From assembly GCA_951406725.2 (NCBI GenBank), contig OX597817.1:85932001-85996000 (forward strand): a DNA stretch of 64,000 bases. The letters are read 5' to 3'. A program made the translations under genes and the position numbers. The DNA is from Octopus vulgaris. Lineage: Eukaryota. A model generated the notes under the pieces. That model saw nothing but the letters and a program-made list of their open reading frames with translations, was not told where the DNA came from and did no database searches. Each line of letters begins with the position of its first letter. Within the stretch, counting starts at the first letter, position 1. Positions 24,141 through 37,419 of this stretch are shown piece after piece.

Positions 24141-26759
24141 TTAAACTTCCTAAATCATTATTTCATTCCAGTGGTTGCTATTTCTTCTATATTCAATTTG
24201 ACATAGAAACATTTTTTATGTAATTTGTCGCATGAAATATTTTAACAAACATTAAAGGATTAATAGACGTCGTCACATTTTTTTTTATCTATAAAATATC
24301 AATATTAAAATAAATCAATCTCAGCAACTATATAAATATACATTATACCGTCAGCTAACATTTTAAGGATGACCCACGGAAAATAGACAGCAAATTTTAG
24401 CGAATCGAAAAGGAAAAAATCCCAGAAATCAAAAATCAGTTTTGCTTTTGTTTATTTGTTTTTTGTTACTTTTTTTAAAATCAAAATGAAGATAACAAAT
24501 GGATATTTAGACAAGAGAAATCGAATGTTTGTCAATATTGCTCAGCGCACTCGTTTAATAAATGACAGCTACGAGAGTGCGACACAAATATAAACTATTT
24601 TAACACTATAAATATTTAACTATTTCAGGTGGTTTTAAGAGATGTTGCACCTCGGCTGGTGATAAAAACGCATCCTTCAGAAAATCCCATGTATTGTCAA
24701 AATTAGGGAAACCTGTTTGAATTCAATGAATGACAAATTAACAGGGGTTTACACTTAGAATTATGCATTCGCTATTACGTTTTTAACATAAGAAACCAGT
24801 TATTTAGTTGATCATCAACCGATAAAATAGGTTGTAAAGGTAGAATCCACTGAATTCTCAAACCTGTGGAGTTTTAATTAAATATTTCAGAAGACAGAGG
24901 AAATATGTAAAAAAAAAAGAATTATAAAAACAATTTTATGTAACCGAAATAAACTTAGCCTGAACAGCAGCAGAGTAGAGACCTGTTTAAAATTAGTGAA
25001 ATGAATAATTAAGAAATGAAAATCCGACGAAACTAAATTATCAATTTATTTTTGCAGGTCACATATTTGCAATATAAACGACACCAGCTATAAACAATTA
25101 CCTATTTTAAATCAATTAATTATTGGTCATTATTATAATTAACATTCTGATGTAAATTAATGTTTGTGCTGCTAAATTTCTATGAAATAAATTACTGTTC
25201 GTGTAGTTAAAAGCCTAATATAAAGGAAAGAATCATTGAGAAAAGTGTCGGTTTTGGGAGAGAAATTGTTATAATGGATCGATTGAAGCTATCTTCTTCA
25301 TGTAAACGCGGTAGTTTTTACAACGAATGACAGTCTATAACGGAGGGGAGGTTGATATTGTTATTAATTTTACACAGTTCAGAAAATAATACATACCTAA
25401 AGTGTTGCTGAGATGATTACATTTGGTGCTTATCCCAAGAAATGTCTAATTAATTGGAACATAATCAAAATGGTGCAAAACGACGACTGGTCACATGAAT
25501 GGTCATGTGACCGCTCATGGCAGCGGTCTGGCTGTGGGACATAGCAGTTGGGACAACGATGTTGTCGTCTACTAGAACATCTGTCCTTAATGCATCTAAA
25601 ATACAACCTGAAATATTATTAATTGACTGATATTTAAATAAATATTTAATGGTTTCCTTGTCGTAGAGACTTGGCCATTTTTTGCTAAGAAGTGGGTGGA
25701 GTCGATCGAACTGACTTGCTGTTTCTTTTATCGCCCTCTAAGAGGGCAAAGTTAAAAATCGATCTTGGCGGGATTTTAAATATAGAAAAACGTAAAAAAA
25801 CAAAGAAATAAAAAGTGTATGTTATTTAATCTAACTAATTCACTTCTTTTTTTATAATTGTTTCATTTTCGGGAAACGGAAAATTGAAAGTGTGACGTAG
25901 GTGCAGTTGTCAAAAGACAGCTGCAGAACTGCACCGAAATGTATTCAAGCAACAAAGCTGCAACTTGCTAGCTCCTTCAAAACAAAAGCGAAAAAAACAC
26001 AATTAATTAAAATAGCTAACAGAGGAAGCCCCATGTAATAGCTTGACATGCTGGAAACAACAACTAAGTCTCTCTCAAAATACACTATATAGTCTTAGAT
26101 AAGAAAAGAACACATTAGATAATGTAGACCTGAATACCCCAAAAAGACAGGAATGTCATTGCGTCTTTTTATATTTGTCTAACCAGTACTGATCTGAGAT
26201 TCATAATTAAAATAGTTAATGAGGAAGCCTCTACACTAGAGGAGGAGGATTTTCTTAGTACCAGGTACAAGATGCATGAGCAAAAGAAATTATGGTATCT
26301 TTGATATTATATATTCATAGACACAAAATTTATATCAAAAGACTGTTTAGATTACAGGACAGAATATTTATTTTTATTTTACATATCAGGTTTTAAGAGG
26401 TTTCACCAATGAACAGTTTTAAATTTCAATACAGATTTTATGATGTTGTTGCCCAACTTCTACAGACAGAAGCAAAATCTCCATTAAATTTCCAACAAAC
26501 ACAATCATTTATTCATTGTACTTCCAGTAACAACAGCAACAAAGAAGTGCAACTGAGTGTACAACAAATCAAGAAACTTCATTCAACCTTTCTAGGACTC
26601 AACAGTCTTTAAAAAGAAGAGATATTCAGAATAATGTAGGTCCAGAGGACAAAAAAAAGTCAAGATTGGAATACCTTTCACTATGTCAATTTAATCAGGA
26701 ACAACAATAGTGATCACAGTCTCAGTTTCTCTTGTAAGCTTGAGCACATTGGGCAGCTA

Positions 26760-27090
26760 GTTGACACCACTAGTTTCTATTGATGCTATCCAGATAAGTG
26801 AAACTGTGTACTGTCCTGATATTTTGCTGATTGATCTTGTAATTCAGCAGTCATCATTTGTAAAGTTCATTGTTTTGGTCTTCACACTGATTCCCAAACC
26901 AATCCTTCCAGTATTTTGTTCTAGTCTGATGTAAATCATTGTAGGTTGTTTTTTTTTTTATCATCTTCAGTGAGCAGGACAATATCATCAGCAAGCTCTA
27001 GATCTTTCAGATGCATCAATTGTTTCCATGGCATTACCCATCATGTTAATTCAGCAATAACAGCAACACTTAAAATATTATCCACCAATG
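26760..27090 (-). mobile_element. RTE-like LINE reverse-transcriptase fragment
   Basis: HLKDLELADDIVLLTEDD (DLxFADDIVLL catalytic motif) followed by GLGISVKTKTM. Confidence 0.7.
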
Positions 27091-27577
27091 GTAATCTATA
27101 GGATTATAGAATACACTTCGTAAATTAAAAGTTGTATAAATAATTTTTATTTCTATTGTTCATATTTCCTCAGTCAATATTTTTTATCAAGCCTTGTGAG
27201 TGGATTTGGTAGATGGAAAGTGAAAGAAGCTTGTTGTAACATATGTAGGTAGGGTAGAATCCCAGCTGTTTTTTCCTGAAGCACATCTACTTATTCCATT
27301 ATTACAATCCAATATGTAGTTGTTGTTGTTGTACAGATGCAAGTTACATATTAAAGTTGAAAATTCTGGTGCCTTCACACAATCCTCAGGCTAAGAATTG
27401 CATGAAGACACCAGACATGTTAAAAATTGATGTCTGAGATTTTTCTATCACATGAAACAATTAGTAGCTCATAAGAATACATACTGTGTTTTGCTGAACT
27501 GCTAAGTTACAGGGTCATAAACACACCAACACCGGTTGTCTAGTGGTGATGGAGACAAGCACAAACACAAAGACACA

Positions 27578-28690
27578 CAAGGTATGGCAAATATATTATC
27601 TAAATTAGGCAAAAATGAAAATAACACTGACATCTCATTTTAACAGATATATTTACCAAAATTGCATAAAAATAAAATACTAAAGAGTAAATTTATTCAA
27701 TAAAATCACCACTGGCTTCAACCACGGCCTCCAGACGACTTCGGAATCTACTGCAATGCTTCTGGATGGTGAATGCTGCCATAATCCTTGTCTTCAGTTC
27801 ATCTTTGATGTTACAAGGAGTTTTTTTGGTCTCTCACTCAACTGTGTCCCACACATAATAAGCAAGGGGGTTGTAGTCTGGAGAGTTAGGTGGCAAGATG
27901 TTAGGAGTGATGTGATTGCAGAAATTGTCTGACCACCATGACTGAGTTCTGTTTGTGTGGCCCAGTGCAGAGTCCTGTTGCCAGCAGCTATCCTCTTGAC
28001 CCAGGGCAGCACTACCCTCTTCCAGACACTTAATTTAGACCTCCATGTTGAGTCTGACACCATGTGGGAATGGGGGCATAATGTTGCTATCACTCTAAGC
28101 AACATGATGTTGACTGGATGCTTGATTTTTATCACTCTCATGTTCACCACCTGATCCTGGCAGGAATTTTTCATGTCTGAGAGAAACCAAAGCATGTTTG
28201 GTTGGAGCGGATGCTTAAGTTTGTTCAAAAGTTTTGTAGCATGGTCTTTCCTCTTGTCCTAGATGGCTTGGGATAAAAATTGGCCCTTTCATATCTTGTA
28301 TGAGGAATATAAAATGTCTTCATGCACCTACCTGCCTGATAAGAAACTCAGACACTCCCATGTCCCTAGTGATCGACCTGGTTGACTTGGACAGGTCGTT
28401 GTCAATGATGGCCTGGCTCTCACCAACAAATTCAGGAGTTTTTTTCATATCAGAATGATCAAAGTGAGTTTTCTGAGCTGCTGTACCTTCATAATTACCA
28501 TTAGACTCATCTAATTCTTTCTGAATCCTCTGCACTGTCTTCAGATTGACATCCAACCAGTCTGAAATGTTCACATTGGAGCTTCTGGTGCGAATGTCAA
28601 GCAGTATAGCATGTCGTTTCTAAATTTTTGGCTGAGTGAATTGTATCATGGTGCTGTTTTCCTCACAGATGGTGCCCAGTTGACCTTAAT
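27578..28690 (-). mobile_element. Tc1/mariner DD37D (maT/Bmmar1-like) transposon relic
   Basis: LWFLSDMKNSCQDQVVN (FFSDEKNFxQD), PPNSPDYNPLAYYVWDTVER and CSRFRSRLEAVVEASGDFIE*; terminus CAAGGTATGGC at 27578; frameshifted. Confidence 0.85.
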
Positions 28691-28693
28691 ATA

Positions 28694-28920
28694 CTGCTAA
28701 GTTACGGGGATGTAAACACAACAACCTCAGTTGTCAAGCAATGGTGGAGGGACAAATATAGAGCCAAAAACACACACTCATAATATATATATATATATAA
28801 CAGGCTTATTACAATTTCCATCAATAGCTTGAAGCTATTGTAGAAGACACTTGTCCAAGATACTATGCAGTGGGACTGAACCTAGAACCATGCGATTGGG
28901 AAGCAAGCTTCTTACCACAC
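28694..28920. mobile_element. Octopus-type SINE with internal (CA)n/(TA)n tract
   Basis: ctgctaagttacgggga...gttgtcaag...gctattgtagaagacacttgtccaag...gggactgaac...ggaagcaagcttcttaccacac. Related pieces at ~6730-6850, 13600-13780, 16640-16750, 20525-20730, 27490-27577, 31680-31830, 50850-51000 and 53345-53490. Confidence 0.75.
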
Positions 28921-28980
28921 TGTTTGTGTGTATATATATAAGGACCAAAGTATTTCTAGCTTAATTTGTGCCCAATATAT

Positions 28981-29560
28981 TGTAAGAGAGTGAATAACTC
29001 CCCTCCAGCTTGGGAAGACCAGTAGGCCATGGTTTCTGGGTCTTTACCTTTCATTGGTACTGGACACCTGCCTGCTAGAGATGGCAGTCACTCACCACTA
29101 CTCACAATATATAAACAGAGAAGTGGCAAACAGCTGCTGATCTTGTGAGGAGCAAAATAGCTAGTTCTAAAACTTCTGAACGAGACCTAAGTTGTAACAA
29201 TACTAGACGGTAACGTTTTTATGCCACTATAACATGGCTGGTCTATAAAGAACTATGTTACGACATTCTAACCCCAGGAAAACATCTTCTCTAGCTGGTT
29301 AACTATACACGATTTGTGTCCAATAGGGGCGAGCGGCTGCCATCTCTAGCAGGCAGGTGTCCAGTACCCATGAAGGGTAAAGGCCCAGAAACCATGGTTT
29401 ACTGGTCTTGCCAAGCTGGAAGGCAGTCATTTTCTCCCTTACTCACAATATATCGAATACAAATCACGTCATTAACCAGCTGGAAAAGACATTTTCCTGG
29501 GTTTAAAATGTAACATAGTTCTTTATAACAGTGGCAAAAAAAAAAAAAAAATGTTACCGT
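28981..29560. repeat. Two interlaced inverted-repeat pairs (A-B-A'-B')
   Basis: 28981-29106 is the imperfect reverse complement of 29315-29446; 29207-29317 is the imperfect reverse complement of 29459-29560. Confidence 0.88.
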
Positions 29561-32500
29561 GTATACGTATGTGTGATTGTATATTGTGTGTGTATGAGTG
29601 CCTGCATATGTATATGTGTGCATGCATGTGTATATATATATATATTTTTGTTTCAGCCATGCAGCTAGTGATGCTGGAGCACAAATTCATAGATTTGTTT
29701 ATAACCATCTGAATCTGTACATGTGTATGATTTTGTATATATACCCATTATCTGTATACTTGTGTGTGTGCATGTATATATATATATCCATGCATGTGTG
29801 TGTGTGTGAGTGCTTGTAACTTTATCTCCCCACCCCTGCAATGTTTTGCACTGCTTTCCTTCACCCCACTATCTATGCTGCTCCTGATCACTAACTAAAT
29901 ATGAATATTTCTTCCAAATGTAAAATTTGTATCATTTAATTTCTCCGTCTGAAGAATTCCTACAATGAATTTTCTTACATGCCTATTTAATGTGTAAAAC
30001 TCTAATTCCTATTAGCGATTCTTTTTTTTATTCTAAATAGATTAAATTTTCCAAATAAACCATTAGTAACCTTTTTGCAACTTGTTTTTTGTAGTTGTTT
30101 GTTCAGGAAATTTAGCAGCTTGGATTTCTTTTCCAAGTTGCTTACCATTCAGAAATATTATAGCACTGTCCCAAAGATTAATGAAGTGATGTAGATAATT
30201 AATTACTTTTAGAGATTGTTATTGAATGCTTGAACTTCAAAGTACAAAATAATCAATTCATACAAAACTTTCCAATGACAACTTGATATTTTATTCTTCA
30301 ATGATAAATCACTGAAGTGTCGAATGAATATTTTCTTTCTCTGTCATGAGTATAAAGGCATAAAAATTGCATGAATGACCAAGGGAGACAACCCTATCAG
30401 AATTTAAATCAAAATTGTATCTTGAGGACATTTTTGTTCTTTAGAACACCAAGAAAACAGTCTATTACTGCAAGCTGTTAAAACGATTAGAGGAAATATA
30501 AAGGTTATAGAAAATAATTACTGAGTGGTATGTTAACCTAAAAGAATAACCAAGGTAAAATACCGAGGGACGTCTGCTGTATAGTAAGCAAATAGTAAAG
30601 TAGGCACTAACAATGTATAAGAAAATTTTAATTAAAAATTGTAAAAACAAAATATTACTATCTTAATGACCAGCTTGAGGTTTTCCTTGCCATCGAGGTT
30701 GTAATTTTGGGCTTACCACTTTCAACATACTAGCAATCACATTTCCATTTTCCATGCATTGGGAGCATGTTGGTAGTTTGACCAACCCAGGTTTAATGAG
30801 TCGTTTGAACTTCATCGAGGTAGACTTTCTACAGCTGGATACCCTTCCTACTTTTAAGTGAGGTAATATTTCCCTATACCCAGACATGGTCTGCAAAACG
30901 ATGTCAGGTGTTTACGATCATCACTCATTATTATCAAGACAAGACGTATGTGTGTGTATATATATATATATACACACACAGGTTTCTTTTCAGTTTCCAT
31001 CAAACCCATGCAGCTACATCTGTGGAACTGCTAATCCTTATATTCTTACCTCTCATCCTTTTCTGTTGAAGAGCCTAGGCTTGAAACAAAGGTTTTTCCA
31101 ATTTTCTCAAGCATCAAACCAATACATCTGCTTGTTCCATCACATTTCCTGTACATTTGAACCATATATAACTCACAATATATGGATTCAAGGCATCCAG
31201 TAGTACTCATATTTCAAACTGTCATTTGTGTCTGACTTTACGTATATAGATAGATGGGGCACAGGTGCTCAACTAGCTGACATATCAATATCAGATTAAT
31301 GCTATGAAAAAATGTCGATAAACCTATTTGGTGACATCTGACAGATAAAACACTTTGTAAAAAGATAAACATTTTTCAAATATTCTCTTAAATTCAATGT
31401 CAACTTCATTTAAATTTTAGTAATAAACTAAAAACCTTGTAAAGTGTCTTACTTAAATGCTGCACTAGGAAAAAGAAATCTATTTCAAAGAGAAAAATAA
31501 TTCTGAAGCACATTTTCATAAATGGTGTAAGCTGAAGTTGTCAATGGTTTGAAGCAAAATGAGTAAGGAATTTAATCTGCCAACATGTTCAATATCTCTG
31601 TAGAGAGTCAACTAAATATTAATACAACTGTCACACATAAAGAGTATCCTTTTATATTTTGTTTGTCATTATTTCAACAATTTTAGTCAAATGAATCAAA
31701 CTCAGTATTTTTCTAAGCTTGTTACTTATTCTATTGGTTTCTTTTGCCAAACCAATAAGTTGTGAGAACATAAACACTGGTTGTCAAGCAGTGATGAGGG
31801 AAAAACAAGCTTCTTTCAGGTTCCATCTACCAGAGACAAAGCTTCATAATACATAGAAATGTTTTAGGGTTTCAAATTTCACAGGATTGTTTTTCAAACT
31901 TTATTTCATATAAAAGTGTGGAATATCAACCAATATCACATCCCACCCTACCACTTTTTCAAGCTCTAAATCCTCATGCTGCATTAGATTTATTTCATCT
32001 ACTCAAATTAGCTGATCTACTATAAGAGCCATGTTTTTATCCATTGCATGCTATTCTCCATTCAAGATGGTTTTCAAGTTATTTGCAGATACAAAATTTC
32101 CTCATTTACAAAACAAGAAAAAATAAGGTTTGTATAATTATTTTTTGCCATATTTTTCTATCTTTGTGCAATGAAAGGAAAAAATAAGGATGGAGAAACA
32201 GAAGGAAGGAAAAAGAATTAAAATTTTACTATCTTGTCATCAGCAATGCAAGTTATTTCTATTAAGAAATCAAAGGAAATAACTTATTCCTTTTAAACTC
32301 AACTTTTGTCACCTGGACAACAATGTTTTGAAACTGACCTATTTTCTATTACATTAGGATTCAACACAGTTGCTGAAGCAGAAATATTGTTATAGCAAAT
32401 ATTCTTCTCAATACCACAGATTTGCTGGTCAGTCACTTGACCATGTCCCTTAGTGGTTGACAATATGTGCATTTCTGATCATGAGCAGTAGTGGGTGAGT

Positions 32501-33564
32501 GTCATAGCCATGTGTTGAGAGGAATTCTTTGGTGTTTGAATAAATGCAACAAGAGTAAAGTTTGAAGGAAACTGAACTTTAATGTAATAACAATGTCATA
32601 GATGAAGACTAGAAATCAAAAGTAAAAGAAAAACTGAAATGGTTATAAGAGAATCCAAAAACGGACCTCCAGTTTTAGCCTTTTGATGTCATCCCCTTGG
32701 TTTTATAAAAATTGAGTTTTAAAAAACCTTTTAAAATTTCATGCTAATTTATATTCCAAGCACCAAATTAATAGTGACAAAGTCGTTTTATTAAATTCAG
32801 TATTTTCAAAATTAACATAAGCAGTATATTTCAACACAGATATGGTAACAAAAGGGCTAAGCCAGGCATGGGCACACTACTAAAAATATTGATAATTCTT
32901 TGTGTGTTATTCAGAAAATTCTCCAGGCTGCCCATAACTGGGTTATGTAATAGCTCAATTGCACACCCTGCATTAGATCTAATCCCTTTTGTAGATAAAG
33001 ATAAAAAAAAAAGAAGTCTAATGAAAGCAGAAAATGGAAAATAGAAATACTGTTCACTTGCAGTCATCTTTAAAAGGAATTGTGAGGAAATGAAAATGTT
33101 TTGAAATATGTTGAATAGTCAAAGAAAATAAAATTTTATTCATGCCAGTTGGAGATATTTGCTTATTTGTAATGAAAACATTTCTTGTCAATAAAATCAA
33201 CAATTACTGAAGAATTGGTTTAAACTAATTCAATTTTACTGACAACTGGCTCCAACAATAAAAGTTGTGTAGCAAATAAAGAAAATTCCATTAAGGTACA
33301 AAGAGGACACTTTAGTATTCTCTTAAGATTTAATTAAATATGTATGATGGCTAAATTTAAATCAAAATGCATGCCCAGGATGAAACTAGTTTCTTACAGT
33401 ACTTTTGGATAAGGCTTCCATTACTGAAATGAAGCCATAAATTGCTGTGTGATCAGTTTGTTCCATGTCCTAATAATTTTAAATAGAATGAAATTAGACA
33501 GCTGTCAACCTGTTCCTGTTCTACCTACTCATTTGTATCACAAATTTTCTACTCAATGAAATAA

Positions 33565-33786
33565 CCCTTTCATTACCGTCATAATTATTTTGAGATGCTG
33601 CGTTTCTTTCAAATATTTTAAATATAACAAAGAATTTAGTAAAATAACTTAGTTACCATTAAGCTAGTGTTAGTAACATAAATTGTGACTAAGGTTTGGT
33701 GGAAGATTTTAATTCAAAACTTAAGAAAACAAGACATTTGTACTACAGAGCAAGAGGCAGTTTCAGCCGGGTTGATAATGAAAGGG
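33565..33786. mobile_element. piggyBac-type MITE (second family)
   Basis: CCCTTTCATTA / TAATGAAAGGG TIRs with ATAA/TTAA flanks; decayed relatives at ~32675-32870, ~45780-45900 and ~54150-54352. Confidence 0.8.
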
Positions 33787-34639
33787 TTAAATAGAAACCT
33801 CTACTACCACACTAAGCTATTTTACACCATCTGCCACCAGTGATGTCACTATTCAGGGTCTGTCCATGTAATTGTCCACAAAAATCAAATTTTTCTTGAC
33901 TGGCTGCTTTATTTTCTAACTACCAAGTGAAATATTTGCCCTAAATGTGATAGCATTGGGGTTTAAAAAAAATCCACAGGCACTTTCTGGTAGGAGAGGT
34001 GAAAGGATTACTAACAAATGGTATGAGAAGACAAAAAAATAACTCCCCTCATTAACACTATCTCAATTTCCAATTGCTTTATCTGCTCTTATAAATACAT
34101 AAGAGATGAATATAAATGTTTACATAAAAGAAACAAAGCCAGAATCCCAAATGTCACTACAGGCTTCAACTGTGTCCCTTTCATCCAGGATTGATAAAAT
34201 ATGAGTTTATTTCACTTCTAGCACTTGAGGATTTTTGTTTCTTCAAAACTATTTTAAGATATGTAAAAATGTCTTGTGTTAAATCATCTACATCATTTCA
34301 ACTGACAGTATGAACATTTTCAACAAATGGAAATCTGACAAGGCAACTGCTCAGTGAGCGTGTATGTGTTTATATAAGAAAATTATGGCAACGCTAAAGA
34401 AAATCCGCCAAACAAGTAGTAAAGGACTCAGCATTTTGAATTGTAACAACTTGATAGTTTTAAAACAGTCTAACAATGTATTCCTATGAGTTGTCATAAA
34501 CTGCTAAAACTGAAATAAACAACTAAAATCTTAAACTAAATTGTTTTGAATTTGGTGCGAGAGGTGAGAAAAGAAAATTTCAAATTCATGTATTTTTTTT
34601 GATGTTGAAAATAAATTATGGCTTTTAAATAAAGCAGAA

Positions 34640-34841
34640 CAGGGGTCCCCAACCACCAGGCCATGGACCAGTACCAGGCTGTGCAGAAAGAAAACAAATT
34701 TTATAGACTATCACAGTCTGCAAGGTGTTTTAGATATATATATCATGCACTTGGTTTTGTAATGCACACTAATCCCCAGTCCGTGGAAAAATTGTCTTGC
34801 ATGAAACTGGTCTGTGGTGCAAAATGGGTTTGGAACTGCTG
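34640..34841 (+). mobile_element. hAT MITE with MER1/Charlie3-like termini
   Basis: CAGGGGTCCCCAACCACCAGGCCATGGACCAGTACC ... CCCCAGTCCGTGGAAAAATTGTCTTGCATGAAACTGGTCTGTGGTGCAAAATGGGTTTGGAACTGCTG. Confidence 0.8.
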
Positions 34842-34919
34842 ATAAAAAAAAAAAGGGGGCGGGGTCTTTAAGACATACCAATTATTTCAATCATATAACA
34901 CCATTTTCATACAGTTTCA

Positions 34920-37419
34920 TATACACAAACATTTATTGGCACATTGGAAACTTTAGTCTAAAAGTTGCTTCTTGATAGTCATATTTTATTGCCATCAAAT
35001 GATACGTACGTTTGTCACAGCTTCAATATTTTTGTTTTAACTCATGTTTCTTAAGATGGTTATGGAATCAATGACAACCTCGCAACAAAACAATAGAGTT
35101 GCTCAAAGAAAAGTTTACCGTTTAAAACAGTAGTCAGAACAAAAGAGTGCAAGCACTGCAAAAATATTTCAGCAAGTTATGCAGCAATAACATGATGAAA
35201 TCCATATTGTTACCAGAGAGGAAAACCTCCAATCCACATATCATCTGACCCTGACAGAAGATGCAAAGTGATTTTAAATTTTATCTAAAAGATATATCTA
35301 AGTGAATTCACTCACTCCAATCAAAATTGAGAAAGCAACTAAACGAAATTTAATTCAATGTAGACATCTTGCTCTAAATTTACTAAAGAAAATTTTCCAA
35401 ATACATTGAAGTGCTTGAGACTAAAACTAGCAACTTTACAGAAAAGCTAAAATCCCATGTCATTGCTATTAGCAAACCTCATGTTAGTTTTCAAAACAAA
35501 TGCTCATTAGTAACAAGAAATACAATTATTTTTATAGACTGTACAACAAAAAAGTAACTTTAGCTAAAAAAAAAAACACCAACTGATTATGGCAACTCTA
35601 TTAGATACACAATACAATGTTTCTAGTTACCTTCCTATATGATAAATAAATGACACTATATTAGACATGTATTAAAACTGGTAAGGATAGCTATTTTTAG
35701 CAAGCAACTTATACTTAGATAATGTACAATTTCTATAATAAAAAGTCTAACAAAGCATCAGATTCATAAATCCCACTGAGTGAAGAGACTTGATTTACAC
35801 ACCCAGGCAGTTGGGGTGGGCACAAAAACCAGCACAAAGAAACAAGACTCCATTTAATAACCAATGAACTGGAAATACAAAAAAAATAATAAGTGGGTGG
35901 ATGGAAGGAGAGACAGTAATTCAATTTTCATTCAACAATCTTTGTTAATTACCCCAAAAAGCAAAGAAAAACAATGTTGCAAGCATGTTGAAATGGTTCT
36001 ATTTGTGAGTGTCAAAATATTGGCAGCTCAAAAAAAAAAAAAAAAAGGTCTAAAGTTCAAGACTCCAGTCATTTGGCAACAGCTGATATGATGGAGGGGT
36101 GGGGAAAGACACAAAAGCAGACAAGCAAGATAAATTGGTAATATGGGTCTTATATTCCACCAGGACATTAAAACCAAATTAAGAAAAAATATATCATATA
36201 CACTTAATCCTTATGAAATCTAAGAAACCAGACTGAATAAATTACACACACATATACAAAGTCCATAGCAATGAAATGAAAATAATTTGAAAACAATAAT
36301 GCAGAAACAGATTCCAAGAGACCAAACAACTTCTAAACTATTTCTGAAATAATAAATTACCTTTAGACAACTATCCTTCCCAAAATACCACCTGTCTAAT
36401 TATATATAAAAAGCAACTAATAAGTGTTAATAGTTCCTGGGTTCAAACTCCAGTAATATTCAGATGCCTGTGAAACCACACCTTATTCATCCCCAACCAA
36501 AATACAAGAAACAAGATTTTAAAATGTGATGAGTTTGCATGCCAATGCTTCCCTTTTTCCATGAACTTGCGTTTGTATAGAGCTGTGGAGTAGAATGTTG
36601 ACCAACATAAGTGTATACATTTAAAAACCGCTTTTATTTTAACAGTAAGAAAATAATGCTTGGGTAATGTTAATTATTTTACACTTGTAAACTCTGACAT
36701 TTATTTTTTTTTTTTGTTTTTTGTTTCCAGTTGAAAAAAAAAAAAGTTACAACTAGCAATCGCCACTGGTGATAAGGGCATAGTATCCAACGATCCAATA
36801 TTTCTACGAAGAAAATATGCAATTCTGCTAGTGACTGTTCAAGTGAAATGACAGAATTTCCTTTTCATCTCTTTTATAGATTGGATAAAAGAAAGAAATT
36901 GACAGATAAGTTAATTTTAACAGATGATCAGAGTAAACCAACAAGAACTGTTCTGCACACTGAAGACTTTTTTTTTGTTTTAAAAAAACCAATATGCTGA
37001 TAGTTATTCAACTGGTTTTATTTGTCATCTGGGTTTTATTTAACTGGGAGTGGAAAATTTTTTTTTAAATAAAGAGTGGAGGGGGATAAAAAGAAATGTA
37101 AACCTAATATCTGTCAAGTGTGAAAAAGATTATGTAGCTTCATAAGCTTTTCTTTCTTCAGTTTAGAATAAAATGGGGTTTTCTTTTTTTTTTTCCTCCT
37201 ATAGTAAGATGCAAGTCTTGCTGAAATGTTCACATAAACTTGCATATGAAATAGGAATTATCTTGGTTTCACAAGCTGATACAAGACACATACAGCCAGT
37301 TGCTTTGACGACCATTTGGACATGCAAAACGATACAACTTCACCATATACACCTTGTAATCTATTTTTCTTTCCAGTCAGAATTGCATACTTCCATGAAG
37401 CACCAGAAACTATTTTAAC
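34920..37419 (-). other. G3BP: Probable long U-rich 3'UTR of G3BP with polyadenylation signals
   Basis: About 2.5 kb after the stop with no recognisable transposon, many U-tracts on the transcript strand, and AATAAA (tttatt on +) at ~34932 and ~34985 just before repeats resume at 34841. Confidence 0.6.

Noticed and set aside
27794-28574. ORFs of 144 and 84 aa as host genes
   Set aside because: Frameshifted pieces of the maT transposase.
29945-29985. CTGAAGA...GAA as another hammerhead core
   Set aside because: No GAAA after the putative stem II and no stem I pairing.
29399-31203. Several 60-105 aa ORFs rich in Y/I/C/V/H/T
   Set aside because: Translations of (TA)n/(CA)n/(TG)n microsatellites and SINE fragments.
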